A stretch of 60,543 bases of DNA from Kiritimatiellia bacterium (GTDB lineage Bacteria; Verrucomicrobiota; Kiritimatiellia; SLAD01), in contig SLBD01000004.1 in NCBI GenBank assembly GCA_007126515.1, forward strand, positions 1 through 60,543, in the 5' to 3' direction. Shown piece by piece: positions 28,942 to 39,512 of the stretch. The notes beneath the pieces are model-generated. The model searched no databases, was not told the DNA's origin, and worked only from the letters and a program-made list of their open reading frames with translations. The position numbers and the translations under genes are program-made. Within the stretch, counting starts at the first letter, position 1, and every line of letters starts with the position of its first letter.

Positions 28942-31032
28942 ATGGCTAGACAATATCCAATTTCAAAGATTCGAAACATTGGCATCATGGCGCACATCGA
29001 TGCGGGCAAAACGACGGTCAGTGAGAGGATCCTTTTTTATTCAGGAAAGACCCACAAAATGGGAGAAGTCCACGATGGCGGCGCCACCATGGACTGGATG
29101 GAGCAGGAGCGAGAGCGCGGTATCACCATCACATCCGCGGCCACCAGCACGGAATGGCGCGGACATTCGATTTCGCTGATCGACACTCCGGGCCACGTCG
29201 ACTTCACAGTGGAAGTGGAACGTAGCTTGCGCGTTTTGGACGGTGCCATCGCTTTGTTTTGTGCCGTCGCGGGTGTCCAGCCGCAATCGGAAAAGGTGTG
29301 GCACCAGAGCGAACGCTACAGTGTCCCGAAGATCGCTTTTGTGAACAAAATGGACCGAATCGGCGCAGATTTCTTTACGGTGGTGAAAGAAATTACGGAA
29401 GAATTTCAAGCCAACGCCGTCCCCGTGGTTATTCCGATCGGCCAAGAGGAAAATTTTGCCGGGATCATCGACCTGATCCACATGAAGGCCGTCTTTTATG
29501 ACGAAACTTCCTTCGGCCAATACTTTCATGAAGAGGACATCCCCGAGAACATGCTCGAGGAAGCCAATCAATGGCGAGCCAATTTGGTGGAGAAGTGTGC
29601 AGAACAAGACGACACTCTGTTGGAAAAATTTCTCGAGGGTCAAGATTTGAGCGTTGATGAGATCTTGGGTATTTTGCGCAAAGCCACTATCGCTCGGCGC
29701 GTGGTCCCTGTGTATTGCGGTTCTGCCTTCAAAAACAAAGGGATTCAGCGAGTGCTTGATGGTGTCATCAACCTGCTGCCAGCACCAAATGAAATTCCGC
29801 CGATTATTTGCGCCACTGATGAAACAGGTGAAAAGCGCCGCGAGCCTAAGGACGACGAACCGTTCTCCGCATTGGCCTTCAAAATCATGGCCGATAAGCA
29901 TATGGGCAAATTGACCTATATTCGCATCTATTCCGGCACCCTCGGTTCCGGTACGGCTGTCCTGAATTCGACCCGCGACAAAAATCAGCGCGTTGGCCGA
30001 ATTTTGCGTATGCACGCCAATCGTCAGGAAGGCTTAGATGAGGCTCATGCCGGCGATATCGTAGCCATTGTCGGGCTCAGCGACACCAAAACGGGCGACA
30101 CGATTTGTGACAAGGATCACCCGATACACTTGGAAGCGATCGAGTTTCCGGCTCCGGTGATTTCCATCAGCATTCAACCCGAAACCCAATCCGACAGCGA
30201 GAAGTTGGGCGAAGCGCTCATGCGGCTGGCCGATGAGGATCCTACGTTTGTCGTCAATTATGACCACGAAACCAGCGAGACCATCATTTCGGGAATGGGT
30301 GAATTGCACCTCGAAATTATCGTCGACCGGATCAAGCGTGAATTTAATGTGAAAGCTCAAGTGGGTCGCCCGGAAGTTGCGTACCGGGAAACGGCAACAC
30401 GGCAAGTCGAGGGCGCCTACAAGCACGTCAAGCAATCGGGTGGCCGAGGTCAATATGGTCATGTGGTGCTGACATTGCAGCCTCTCGATCCGGGCGCGGG
30501 CTTCGAGTTCGTCAACAAGATTGTCGGCGGACGCATCCCCAGCGAATACATTCCTTCGGTCGAGAAAGGCATTATTAAAGCCATGACATCCGGTCCCTTT
30601 GCGGGGTATCCGGTCGTCGACATGCGCGTCGAGCTGATTGATGGTTCCTACCACGATGTCGATTCCAGTGACTTTGCTTTCCAAGAGGCGGGCCGGGCCG
30701 GATTCAAAGAGTTATTCTTGAAGACCAATCCAGAACTTCTGGAACCGGTGATGTCGGTCGAAGCCGTCACGCCTGAAGATTTCATGGGACCTGTCTCCAG
30801 CTCCATCTGTCAGCGCCGAGGCCGGATCGAATCCATGGACTCAGTGAAAGGTAACAAGCTTGTCCGGGGCATGGTGCCGCTCGGAGAAATGTTTGGTTAT
30901 TCGAATACGCTCCGGACTCTGACCCAAGGACGTGCGTCTTTCAGCATGCATTTCGAGCATTATGAAGCCGTGCCGTTCGCCTTAGCCGAACAAATCGTCA
31001 AGAAACGCCGGGAAGAGAACAAGGTTCGGTAA
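28942..31032 (+). CDS. fusA: elongation factor G (stand-alone copy, not in an rpsL-rpsG-fusA-tuf context)
   Basis: G motifs [17 protein letters not shown] and NKMDR are present, and full-length EF-G domains II-V are recognisable. The start is chosen at MARQYP; the ORF also allows 28927. Confidence 0.9.
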   Translation: MARQYPISKIRNIGIMAHIDAGKTTVSERILFYSGKTHKMGEVHDGGATMDWMEQERERGITITSAATSTEWRGHSISLIDTPGHVDFTVEVERSLRVLDGAIALFCAVAGVQPQSEKVWHQSERYSVPKIAFVNKMDRIGADFFTVVKEITEEFQANAVPVVIPIGQEENFAGIIDLIHMKAVFYDETSFGQYFHEEDIPENMLEEANQWRANLVEKCAEQDDTLLEKFLEGQDLSVDEILGILRKATIARRVVPVYCGSAFKNKGIQRVLDGVINLLPAPNEIPPIICATDETGEKRREPKDDEPFSALAFKIMADKHMGKLTYIRIYSGTLGSGTAVLNSTRDKNQRVGRILRMHANRQEGLDEAHAGDIVAIVGLSDTKTGDTICDKDHPIHLEAIEFPAPVISISIQPETQSDSEKLGEALMRLADEDPTFVVNYDHETSETIISGMGELHLEIIVDRIKREFNVKAQVGRPEVAYRETATRQVEGAYKHVKQSGGRGQYGHVVLTLQPLDPGAGFEFVNKIVGGRIPSEYIPSVEKGIIKAMTSGPFAGYPVVDMRVELIDGSYHDVDSSDFAFQEAGRAGFKELFLKTNPELLEPVMSVEAVTPEDFMGPVSSSICQRRGRIESMDSVKGNKLVRGMVPLGEMFGYSNTLRTLTQGRASFSMHFEHYEAVPFALAEQIVKKRREENKVR

Positions 31033-31918
31033 GACCCTTTTTCTCAAATAGAAGTCCCACCCAATCTCCATCGCCGTCCCGAATGCGTTCACGGGCCCCC
31101 AGGTCCATGAACGTGTTGGCGACGGCATCTCCTTCCGATTCACGGATGCCACTCAGGACTAAATACGTTTGAGTGGCCGCCCATAAAACGGGCGCTGCCT
31201 GTATCAAGAGCGGGGCAAACAGATTGGCACAAACCAAATCGAACTGCCCCGGCGGCGGATCTGTAATTACATCATGAATCTGCCACGCGCAAACAGATCC
31301 CACCCCATTCAATTCAGCGTTTTCAATTGATTGGACCTGACAGATCGGATCATTATCTGTGCCCACAACCTGCGTCATTCCCAATAACGCGGCCGCTATT
31401 CCCAGCATCCCACTGCCACAGCCAACATCCCAGACAGATGCACAAGAACCGACCGGGACTGCGAGTTGATCGATCATCTCAAGGCAAAACTGTGTGGTGA
31501 AATGCTCGCCTGTCCCAAAGCTTAATCCCGGCACGTACTGGAGCACAAGGCGATCGGATTCGGGTGTCGTCTCCGTATGCCATACGGGCTTCAAATACAA
31601 GCGATCCCCAATCGGCCGGGCATGGAAATGAGTCTTCCAAAAGCTATGCCAATCCCGGCTGTCGCATCGCCGCACGGCCACGGCCAATATGGGTGCCCCC
31701 CATTGCTCACAGCGCTGGGCGACCGACTGCGCGTGCGCCTCCGTTTCAAAGTAGAGTTCCAACCAGCCGTGAACGGCTGCGGGACGCTCCAATTGTACGG
31801 GTTCCACGGAAAATTCGTCCCGAATTTGATCGATAAACTCCTCGTCGATATCCGCTGGCATCACCAAACTGACGACATACCAAGCGGGAACCGTCGTATG
31901 GACAGGAACGTCGGTCAT
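30998..31918 (-). CDS. prmA: ribosomal protein L11 methyltransferase
   Basis: Motifs [18 protein letters not shown] and [16 protein letters not shown] are present. The start is set at MTDVP (31918), giving an ATGA overlap with the upstream stop. The 3' end overlaps convergent fusA by 35 nt. Confidence 0.85.
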   Translation of the reverse strand: MTDVPVHTTVPAWYVVSLVMPADIDEEFIDQIRDEFSVEPVQLERPAAVHGWLELYFETEAHAQSVAQRCEQWGAPILAVAVRRCDSRDWHSFWKTHFHARPIGDRLYLKPVWHTETTPESDRLVLQYVPGLSFGTGEHFTTQFCLEMIDQLAVPVGSCASVWDVGCGSGMLGIAAALLGMTQVVGTDNDPICQVQSIENAELNGVGSVCAWQIHDVITDPPPGQFDLVCANLFAPLLIQAAPVLWAATQTYLVLSGIRESEGDAVANTFMDLGARERIRDGDGDWVGLLFEKKGLTEPCSLPGVS

Positions 31919-34377
31919 CGATTCGAACGCTCCCGCGGTAGAGGGTCCATCCGCCAACTCGGCTCGGCCAGAGTCCCGTCGAGACGGAATTGCAACAAAC
32001 GGCTGACGGGATAGGTCACGAATCGCACAGCATCGACCAGCAGTCCGCGGCGCAAGGGCTGGACATGCACCGTAAAACTCAGCTGATCATCTAACGAGTA
32101 TGCCCCCCACCCTCTCAAGCTAATGATGGTGCCGATGAATCGGATATCTGAAGAGGCCACATGCCGATCCGCAATCGTGAAGTCCGCTTCCACATCGGAT
32201 TGAACCGCCATTCCTAATCGAGGGTAGATCCGCTGCAACAGATCCGAGAGGCCGCCGAATAGGCGAATCTGAAAGATCTGACCATCGCGAATCCGTACCC
32301 GCCCCGCTCCATTCACCGACGCACGCCAATCATCTTCTGCCAGGCCCGAGACATCAAATCTCCCCGATAAAGAGCCATACTGCATCTCGATTTCGGCCTG
32401 TCGGAGGTCGCGAAGGAGATCCGCAAAATCGAGATTCTCGAGTTGTCCTTGGGCTTCATACGCAACGGGATCCTCACTCCCGACACGGGACAAGTGTATG
32501 TGGCCAGTCGCTTCTCCGCCATAGAGGCTCATAACCAAATTGGTGAGGGCAATTTGATCTCCTGATGCAATCCATTCCAACTCACTTTCGTCAGCCAACA
32601 ACAAACGCCAACCAAATTGCTCGGCGCGGCCGCGAGCCCGATACTCCGTTCGCTCATGTCCGATATAGTCAATGATGCCCTCCAACTCGACCTCAACTGG
32701 ACCTTCAAACCGGAACAGGCGCAGGAGCTCCTCCACCGTGCCACCTGCCAAACGCCCCAAGACACTGGGATCGACGCTACTCACCACGTCCAACTCAATC
32801 ACACTCTGATCGAAATCATGTTGGTACCATCCGCGCACACTGCCCTCATTGCGATGCACCTCCAAGGGATCAATGCGCATGACTCGATTGGTGACCAGGA
32901 AGGTCGAGTCAAACGATACGACGCGGGACCCCGCATAGATAAAATTGGTTCCTCTAATGTCGCCTTCGAAATGAAATGTTGGTTCCCCCAACACATTGCC
33001 GGAGAAGCGTACATCCATGGAGGGAACCAAATCGCCCATCTGAATTCCTTGAATAATTTCGGAGGCAATCCGTGAATAACCTGCCAGGGGCAGGACCACT
33101 TGAGGGTCTAACTCCGCAACGACATCGCCAAAGTAGATGTTTTCATTCAGGTCATACGTAACTTGTCCGCGCGCAGTCCCCTGCCCCGGGCCTGTCCCCA
33201 TCAACGCCTCGAGGTCAAACAGGTGAATTAAGTGGTGATTCCGTACTAGATGCGTGTCGATGTGTTCAATCCAGACACCATGGGCATCCACGGATTCCGC
33301 TCGAATGCGTCCCCGGACAATTTGCCCAAATTCCTGCAGCGGCGTCGGACCGATCGACGCTTCAACCTCCATTGCGCCGAGCACGTTCACCTGCGCTTGC
33401 TCAATCAGGCGGCGCAAATCATCCGGCAGCAAATTGCGCAAATAGACCGGCAGCAAGTCACTGTGCACATATACGTTCGCGTCATCGGTCGACCGATTCC
33501 ACTGGCCGCGAATCTGCGCCCGACCACTGTTGTCCCCACCATACACTTGCAGCAATGGGATGGTTGCCACGCCATCATCATACTCCGCATGCAAGAACGC
33601 ATCTTCAAAATGCAGCCCTCGAAAAACGATATCCGAGGCCGACCAGCGAGCTTCGAGATGCGTTCTGTCGGGCTGTCCCGCCGCCCAAAGAAATTCAATG
33701 TGAGCAAATGACTCCCCGTCCATCTGCAAACCACCAACATCATGAAGCAGCGTCTGCAGCCATTCGGGCGGGGACTCCTGCCATGATTGCCATGCCTGGC
33801 GCCAATCGGCATCCACCGGCGTTCGTGGTGTATCCCGCCGGAGTTCGATCTGGCCCAATGCGGTTACATGGGTGCCCAACGCCTGCGCCGAAGCGTCTTC
33901 GAGTACGAGCTGCTCATCCTCGATTCGCAATCGTGCTTGCTGAATCTCGGCAGTGATTACGTCGGCATCCTCTTGATCCAAGTACGGCCGCAAGAGACTG
34001 ATGGCAAGATGCACATCACGAAGAAGAATTTGGCGAACGCCATGATGTCCACGAACCCATTGGCTGGGATCAAACTGAAAAATCAGTTCGCCGACTTCAA
34101 TGGGCGGGACACGGTCTTCAGGGAGTAGGTAAACACGTATGGATGACGCAATCACGCCATCCACAGGATGCCAGTAGACTCGTCCAATTCGCACATCCAA
34201 ATCATGATCAGCGAAACGCTGTTCAATCCATCGTACGCCACCTTGAGGAAATCCAACCACAGCGAAGTAGATCATCACAACCAAGATGATCAGCAGGGCA
34301 CATTTCATCCCCAGCCACATACTGCGAACAGACATTTTCCATGCCTTGCTTCCAAAGACCTTTGACAGCCTTTTCAT
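31915..34377 (-). CDS. AsmA-family-like (TamB/YhdP-type) large envelope protein
   Basis: 820 aa with a single N-terminal TM anchor (CALLIILVVMIYFAVVGF). A long beta-rich body follows. The C-terminal segment (...GAGRVRIRDGQIFQIRLFGGLSDLL...IISLRGWGAYSLDDQLSFTVHVQP) resembles the AsmA C-terminal region. The call is from pattern only. Confidence 0.45.
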   Translation of the reverse strand: MKRLSKVFGSKAWKMSVRSMWLGMKCALLIILVVMIYFAVVGFPQGGVRWIEQRFADHDLDVRIGRVYWHPVDGVIASSIRVYLLPEDRVPPIEVGELIFQFDPSQWVRGHHGVRQILLRDVHLAISLLRPYLDQEDADVITAEIQQARLRIEDEQLVLEDASAQALGTHVTALGQIELRRDTPRTPVDADWRQAWQSWQESPPEWLQTLLHDVGGLQMDGESFAHIEFLWAAGQPDRTHLEARWSASDIVFRGLHFEDAFLHAEYDDGVATIPLLQVYGGDNSGRAQIRGQWNRSTDDANVYVHSDLLPVYLRNLLPDDLRRLIEQAQVNVLGAMEVEASIGPTPLQEFGQIVRGRIRAESVDAHGVWIEHIDTHLVRNHHLIHLFDLEALMGTGPGQGTARGQVTYDLNENIYFGDVVAELDPQVVLPLAGYSRIASEIIQGIQMGDLVPSMDVRFSGNVLGEPTFHFEGDIRGTNFIYAGSRVVSFDSTFLVTNRVMRIDPLEVHRNEGSVRGWYQHDFDQSVIELDVVSSVDPSVLGRLAGGTVEELLRLFRFEGPVEVELEGIIDYIGHERTEYRARGRAEQFGWRLLLADESELEWIASGDQIALTNLVMSLYGGEATGHIHLSRVGSEDPVAYEAQGQLENLDFADLLRDLRQAEIEMQYGSLSGRFDVSGLAEDDWRASVNGAGRVRIRDGQIFQIRLFGGLSDLLQRIYPRLGMAVQSDVEADFTIADRHVASSDIRFIGTIISLRGWGAYSLDDQLSFTVHVQPLRRGLLVDAVRFVTYPVSRLLQFRLDGTLAEPSWRMDPLPRERSNR

Positions 34378-34379
34378 GG

Positions 34380-36245
34380 CTACTCTTGTTCAGGTGAATC
34401 AGGGATCATGATATCATCCAGTTCCTCTGGAGACACGATGGGCTGACTCAACCGGTCAGCGTCCTCCGCGCTCAGCAAAAACAAGGTGTTATTTCCGAGT
34501 GTCCGCGCATACACGCGGCCGTCTGGTCGTCGACTTCCCAATCGTAAGACCCTGCCAATTCCAGACTCCGCAGCAAGTCGAACAGTCCAAACAACCTCGG
34601 GCTCATCCAATCCATATACAGACCAGTCCTCTGGCTGCTGCAACAAGAATTCATCTGCATGCAGTGTCACCAAGGTCTCGACCGCCTCTCTCAAGAGATT
34701 GGTCTGAACAATACCGTCTTCTGGAAATCGCACCCTGACTTCAGAGGCATGGATCGATTCCACCTCCACTTCTCGGCCCTGGATTTGTTGACGAACCCGA
34801 GTCACATCTTCTTTCTGCAGATCAATGACTTGGCGATTCCAAAAATAAAGGGGATTCACAATCGACTCTTCCATGCGTGCCCCCTCTACGGCATACAGTG
34901 AATTTTCCTGATCCCGTCGCACAAGCAATTGCCCATCGGACAATGGGGTGGCACTGACCATCAGATCCAAATCTCGCCACCGCTGCTGATCTTCGACTCC
35001 CGCCTGTTCCCGAATCGAAAAGCGCACCCGCAGAGAATTTTCTGTAAACGCTTCTTCAAGCTCCTCCGGTACAGGAGGATCAAAAAACCGGGCAATTCGG
35101 GCCCCTGTCCACGTCGCAACCAATTCACGCACACGTTCGGAATCGGCCGGCCACTCTTGCGGCGACCGCACTCGCCACTGATCGTTTATCCGCTCTAATT
35201 CAATTCCGCCACCCGACTGCTCTAGTTGAATGCGATCAATCGCCGAGGATGCGTATGACACCAACGTGCGGCTTCTCACATCGCTGGAGCGGACTCGACT
35301 TGCTTCCTGCGCTTTGGCAGGGATTGCAAATACAGAAAGACTGTCCTGTCGGCGGGCAAATATCCATTCACCCTCAGCATCTATCGGCAGCCCTAACCAC
35401 AGAGTTTGTCCGGCAGGTTGTCCCTCCGTCCACACGGTCACCTGAGTTGCTCCCTCGCCCAATCCGTACACGGACGGATCCGCGATCACATCGGCCATAA
35501 ATTCGATCACCCGCAAGTCGAACAGCCGATCAATCCATTGCCGCACAGCTACCGGATCGGCCTTGGCCGTGACTGGACGTTGCAATTTCCAGACGCCATC
35601 GTCGCCCCGCTGCAACTGCAAAACCCCACCATCTCGCCGAACTTCCGCCCGATAGGCACGACGGGGATCCCCGTGGAACAAAATTCGATCACGAAGCGAG
35701 ACAACTGAATCGGGCCAAATATGCAACAACGTCTGTGGTACGGCATAGATCTCATCGCTGCCCGCGATCTGCACATACATCGTATTACCCAGAGGCGAGA
35801 GCCGACCGATTCGCAGTTCTCGGCGGATGAGACCATCGCTCCACTCCAGCCGAGCTTGAGGCCGGTCCAGCCCGTACTCCGCCAAACTCAACTGGGCATC
35901 CCGCCGCTCTGCCGCGGTGATGACTTCGCCGCGCCGCAACTCACTCAGCACAGTCAGGAGCCGATCCATTTCAGCCGCATCCGCGCGCGCATTGACAGGC
36001 ACAACAATGCGCCACACACCCTCCTCCTTGCGACATTCGATACGTAAACCATCTCGATCCAGAATCAGCTCCTGAATTCGATCCGGCTGAATCGCAAACA
36101 GGCGGCTCACCTCCTGTCGCCGACCCGCTTCCATGCCATCGCCGCCCCCCATCCATAGATACACACCCGCCGCCATGCAAACGGCCAGCAGCAATAGCCA
36201 TGTGGTTCCCGCTCTCATACCTGCTATTGCCGCCTCCGCATCCAA
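34380..36245 (-). CDS. DUF4340-like protein associated with GldG-type ABC systems
   Basis: 621 aa with an N-terminal anchor. Repeated ~100-aa modules (...W.L..P....AD...V..L...L..L) follow. It occupies the position downstream of the GldG-like gene typical of DUF4340. Alternative start at 36218 removes the 22-nt overlap. Confidence 0.5.
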   Translation of the reverse strand: MDAEAAIAGMRAGTTWLLLLAVCMAAGVYLWMGGGDGMEAGRRQEVSRLFAIQPDRIQELILDRDGLRIECRKEEGVWRIVVPVNARADAAEMDRLLTVLSELRRGEVITAAERRDAQLSLAEYGLDRPQARLEWSDGLIRRELRIGRLSPLGNTMYVQIAGSDEIYAVPQTLLHIWPDSVVSLRDRILFHGDPRRAYRAEVRRDGGVLQLQRGDDGVWKLQRPVTAKADPVAVRQWIDRLFDLRVIEFMADVIADPSVYGLGEGATQVTVWTEGQPAGQTLWLGLPIDAEGEWIFARRQDSLSVFAIPAKAQEASRVRSSDVRSRTLVSYASSAIDRIQLEQSGGGIELERINDQWRVRSPQEWPADSERVRELVATWTGARIARFFDPPVPEELEEAFTENSLRVRFSIREQAGVEDQQRWRDLDLMVSATPLSDGQLLVRRDQENSLYAVEGARMEESIVNPLYFWNRQVIDLQKEDVTRVRQQIQGREVEVESIHASEVRVRFPEDGIVQTNLLREAVETLVTLHADEFLLQQPEDWSVYGLDEPEVVWTVRLAAESGIGRVLRLGSRRPDGRVYARTLGNNTLFLLSAEDADRLSQPIVSPEELDDIMIPDSPEQE

Positions 36246-37705
36246 ACCAACAATCCCAGCACTGCAGCAACGCCCGGGAACACGCCTGTCACCCAGACGA
36301 TCAATTGACGGATCTGGCGACGATTCAGTACCAATCGAATTTCATCCACATCGCGGGGCGCAATCGCCAGCCATTGCTCGCGATCCAGGAGCCAATTCAC
36401 CGCCTGCAAAAAGAACTCCTCATCTCCCCCCGTCAGCGCCGCATTGGACGCAAAGGCAGAATCGCCAAACACCACCAAGCGCGCGGAACGAATCTGTACA
36501 TCAATGCCAGGCACAGGGCCCCGCTCGACAGCCACAGCAATCGGAATGGGTCCCCGACGATCAATGCCCGGATCATAACGAAGCGGCGTTTGGTCCGGAT
36601 TCGCATCGGCCCACGAAGTCTCTGAGCTGGAAGCCAACACCGAGACAAAGGGTTTGTCGGCTTGGTCCGAAGGAGTCGCCTGATCATCCAACGGAGACAC
36701 AGAACGCGGATTATAAAAAATGGTCGTGAGTCCACGAATTCCCCCCGTAATCGGATGCAACCCATAGTCAGTGACAAACACTTCCCGCCCCGTCAACGTC
36801 CGCGCCGGATCGATCACCACGTCGTCTACCAAGACCACACCCCACCGCCTCAGCACCGAGGCCAACCCAGTACGAGTTTGCGCATCTAGCAACATCATCA
36901 CCCGACCGCTCCGGCCCAAATAATCGTGGATCAAATCCAGCTCCGGCTGGGATATGCGTCGCGTTGGGCCAGCAATGATCAACGCATCGGCATCTTCGGG
37001 AATATCGCTCACCTCGCCCAACACCAACGTCTCCAACTCAATATGCTGCTGTCGTAATCGTCGGGCAATCGAGGAGTAGCCCACAAACGGATCGAAATTG
37101 TCGATGCGCCGCTCCCCGTGGCCGGACAAAAAATAGATTTTGGGCATCACATCCTGCGTGACGTGATGAATCGCTGACGAGAAGGCTTGCTCACCGCGGA
37201 ACCGCGCCCGGGCAGGTCCCAAGCCTTGGCGAACGCCGCGAAAGTCATATTCCATGATGTCGTCGGCCGACAGAATTCGACGACGCCCGTGACGATAAAA
37301 AACCAGCACATTGGGCGTCTCCACACCATGCACATGCGCTAATTCTTCCGCGCGTGCCAAGCTGCGATCTGGATCCACATACTCCACTCGCAGCATCGGC
37401 GATCGATACTGGTATTCCCTCAGCAGGTTGTCGACATCATGAAACAGCGGATTATCTCTCTGGAAAAACACAACCACATCGATTCGGTCCGTCACCCCTT
37501 CCAACATCTGAATCGACGCCTCAGAAAGGGCATATAAGCGGGCATCGCTCAGATCCCAGCGTCCATAGGTCCGGAAAGAAATCGCATTCACCAAGATCAA
37601 CAGGGCCAACGCCAGCAACCAGGAAAAGAGGACATTGAAGCCCACCCAGGTCTTCCAGCGCCGACGCCGGCGAATCATTTTTTGAACTGGTTCCATGGCG
37701 ACCAT
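36224..37705 (-). CDS. GldG-like ABC-transporter auxiliary component (ABC_transp_aux)
   Basis: 493 aa with N- and C-terminal TM anchors. The N-terminal pattern GRWDLSDARLYALSEASIQMLEGVTDRIDVVVFF is characteristic of GldG-type proteins. Confidence 0.65.
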   Translation of the reverse strand: MVAMEPVQKMIRRRRRWKTWVGFNVLFSWLLALALLILVNAISFRTYGRWDLSDARLYALSEASIQMLEGVTDRIDVVVFFQRDNPLFHDVDNLLREYQYRSPMLRVEYVDPDRSLARAEELAHVHGVETPNVLVFYRHGRRRILSADDIMEYDFRGVRQGLGPARARFRGEQAFSSAIHHVTQDVMPKIYFLSGHGERRIDNFDPFVGYSSIARRLRQQHIELETLVLGEVSDIPEDADALIIAGPTRRISQPELDLIHDYLGRSGRVMMLLDAQTRTGLASVLRRWGVVLVDDVVIDPARTLTGREVFVTDYGLHPITGGIRGLTTIFYNPRSVSPLDDQATPSDQADKPFVSVLASSSETSWADANPDQTPLRYDPGIDRRGPIPIAVAVERGPVPGIDVQIRSARLVVFGDSAFASNAALTGGDEEFFLQAVNWLLDREQWLAIAPRDVDEIRLVLNRRQIRQLIVWVTGVFPGVAAVLGLLVWMRRRQ

Positions 37706-37712
37706 GCGACGT

Positions 37713-38465
37713 TTATGACCTCCACTTTTGAGCTTCCACCACTTTCACCGTGGAGAACAGCAAGAACAAGGTTACCGAGAGGTAAAACACCAATGGGCGC
37801 GTGTCCAAAACCCCGCGAGAAAATTCCAGCATATGCATCAAACTAGACGTGTAGCGGCCCACTTCTTGAAGTTGAACACCCCGTCCGAATTGCGGCATAA
37901 ATCCCCAGAAAAAATATCCGCACAACACAGCAAACGTTATCACCGCAGCCACCGCTTGGTTGGACGTCAGAGACGATGCCAACAGGCCAATCGCAATAAA
38001 GAAGGCCCCCATCGCAGCAATTCCAATATAGGAAGTCATCAGCGCACTAAAATCAATCGGCGCACTTTCCGGACTGATCCGGGCCAGCAACCACGCATAG
38101 GCCGCTGTCGGCAGCCACAGCATCAAAAAGAAGACCCACGCCGCTGAAAATTTGGCCAGCACAATCGCCACATCACCCACCGGCGCAGTCAATAAGGTTT
38201 CGACCGTTCCTAGTTTCCGTTCTTCGGCAAACTGACGCATCGTAATCATCGGCACCACCATCAGCATCGCCAGCCAGAAAAACAGGCTTTCCCCAATCAA
38301 CATCCGCACCACACTTCCAGTGGCAGCCCCTTCCGCCAGGATATGGACCATCATCCCAAAGCTCGTTCCCATCAACAGCAGAAAAATGACCACAACCCAA
38401 TACATGGATGGCGCGTAGACATAGGCCAACCACTCGCGCCGCAACAAGGTCAAGAACACCCTCAC
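37713..38465 (-). CDS. ABC-2 type permease (GldF-like)
   Basis: 250 aa with six hydrophobic helices. It has a 4-nt overlap with the upstream ATPase gene. Confidence 0.7.
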   Translation of the reverse strand: MRVFLTLLRREWLAYVYAPSMYWVVVIFLLLMGTSFGMMVHILAEGAATGSVVRMLIGESLFFWLAMLMVVPMITMRQFAEERKLGTVETLLTAPVGDVAIVLAKFSAAWVFFLMLWLPTAAYAWLLARISPESAPIDFSALMTSYIGIAAMGAFFIAIGLLASSLTSNQAVAAVITFAVLCGYFFWGFMPQFGRGVQLQEVGRYTSSLMHMLEFSRGVLDTRPLVFYLSVTLFLLFSTVKVVEAQKWRS

Positions 38466-39418
38466 GGCTGAATCTCCCGTCCCGATTTATTCGGCAAGCC
38501 CGTCACATTCAAATACACATCCTCCAAGCTCCAGTTATCCTCGCGCAACTCCCTCAACAACCACCCCTCTTGGACCACCAAATCAAATACATTGGAGCGC
38601 AAATCAATTTCCCGGGCAGATTCCACTCGCGCATCCACCCACGGCCCATCCTTGAGAACCGTGACGGACTGAACGTGAGGCAAGGTCATCAATGCATTTT
38701 CCACCGCGCTCGCTGGTCCCTTGACTTGAACACGAATCCGATGGCCCGTCGCTTGCGCCAACTTCAACTGCTCCGGTGTGTCCGATGCCACAATCCGGCC
38801 CTGATTAATAATCAACACCCGACTGCACGTCTTTTCCACCTCTGGCAAAATATGCGTACACAGCAAGATGGTATGCCGATTGGCAAGGTCCCCGATTAAG
38901 TCGCGCACCTGCCGATTTTGGTTGGGGTCCAATCCCAGCGTCGGCTCATCCAAAATCAATAATTCAGGATCATGCACCAAGGCATCCGCCAGCCCCACTC
39001 GCTGCCGATATCCGCGGGATAATCGACCAATCAACTCGCGACCCATTCCCTGCAAACCACAGCGCTCCTTAACCTCGCCCACCATCGACCGCAAACGGCG
39101 AGACGGCAACCGCTTGATACGCGCCCGAAACCGTAAATATTCATCCACCCGCATATCGGGATAGAGCGGCACCGACTCCGGCAAATAACCAATCCGCCGA
39201 CGCACCTCCAGCGATTCAGTCACCACATCAAACCCAGCCACTTTGACATCACCGCCCGTTGCCGCCAAATAGCCGGTCAGGATCCGCATCGTTGTCGTCT
39301 TGCCCGCACCATTGGGCCCGAGAAAGCCCACCACCTCGCCCCGCTCCACCTCGAACGAAACGTCATCGACCGCTTTATGGCCATGGTATACTTTGGTTAG
39401 ATGCTTGACCGAAATCAT
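38462..39418 (-). CDS. ABC transporter ATP-binding protein (GldA/ABC-2 type)
   Basis: Walker A is GPNGAGKTTTMRIL, the signature is LSRGYRQRVGLADAL and Walker B is LLILDEPTLGLD. Confidence 0.9.
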   Translation of the reverse strand: MISVKHLTKVYHGHKAVDDVSFEVERGEVVGFLGPNGAGKTTTMRILTGYLAATGGDVKVAGFDVVTESLEVRRRIGYLPESVPLYPDMRVDEYLRFRARIKRLPSRRLRSMVGEVKERCGLQGMGRELIGRLSRGYRQRVGLADALVHDPELLILDEPTLGLDPNQNRQVRDLIGDLANRHTILLCTHILPEVEKTCSRVLIINQGRIVASDTPEQLKLAQATGHRIRVQVKGPASAVENALMTLPHVQSVTVLKDGPWVDARVESAREIDLRSNVFDLVVQEGWLLRELREDNWSLEDVYLNVTGLPNKSGREIQP

Positions 39419-39512
39419 AGTCTATGCCACATGCTGATGCCCGGCAGCTAAACCGGTTGCCAGGTAGCCGTTCATCGACTCCCGCAAGGAACCGCTTTTA
39501 TAGACCGCCAGC

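Noticed and set aside
29041-30015. Long antisense ORFs inside well-supported genes (324 aa inside fusA; also 12699..13259 in amtB, 49719..50408 in pheS, 53638..54240 in the hydantoinase B gene, and many in recN, gcvP and the 1121-aa gene)
   Set aside because: These are shadow ORFs typical of GC-biased coding regions. They have no motifs and are fully contained in genes with strong sense-strand signatures.
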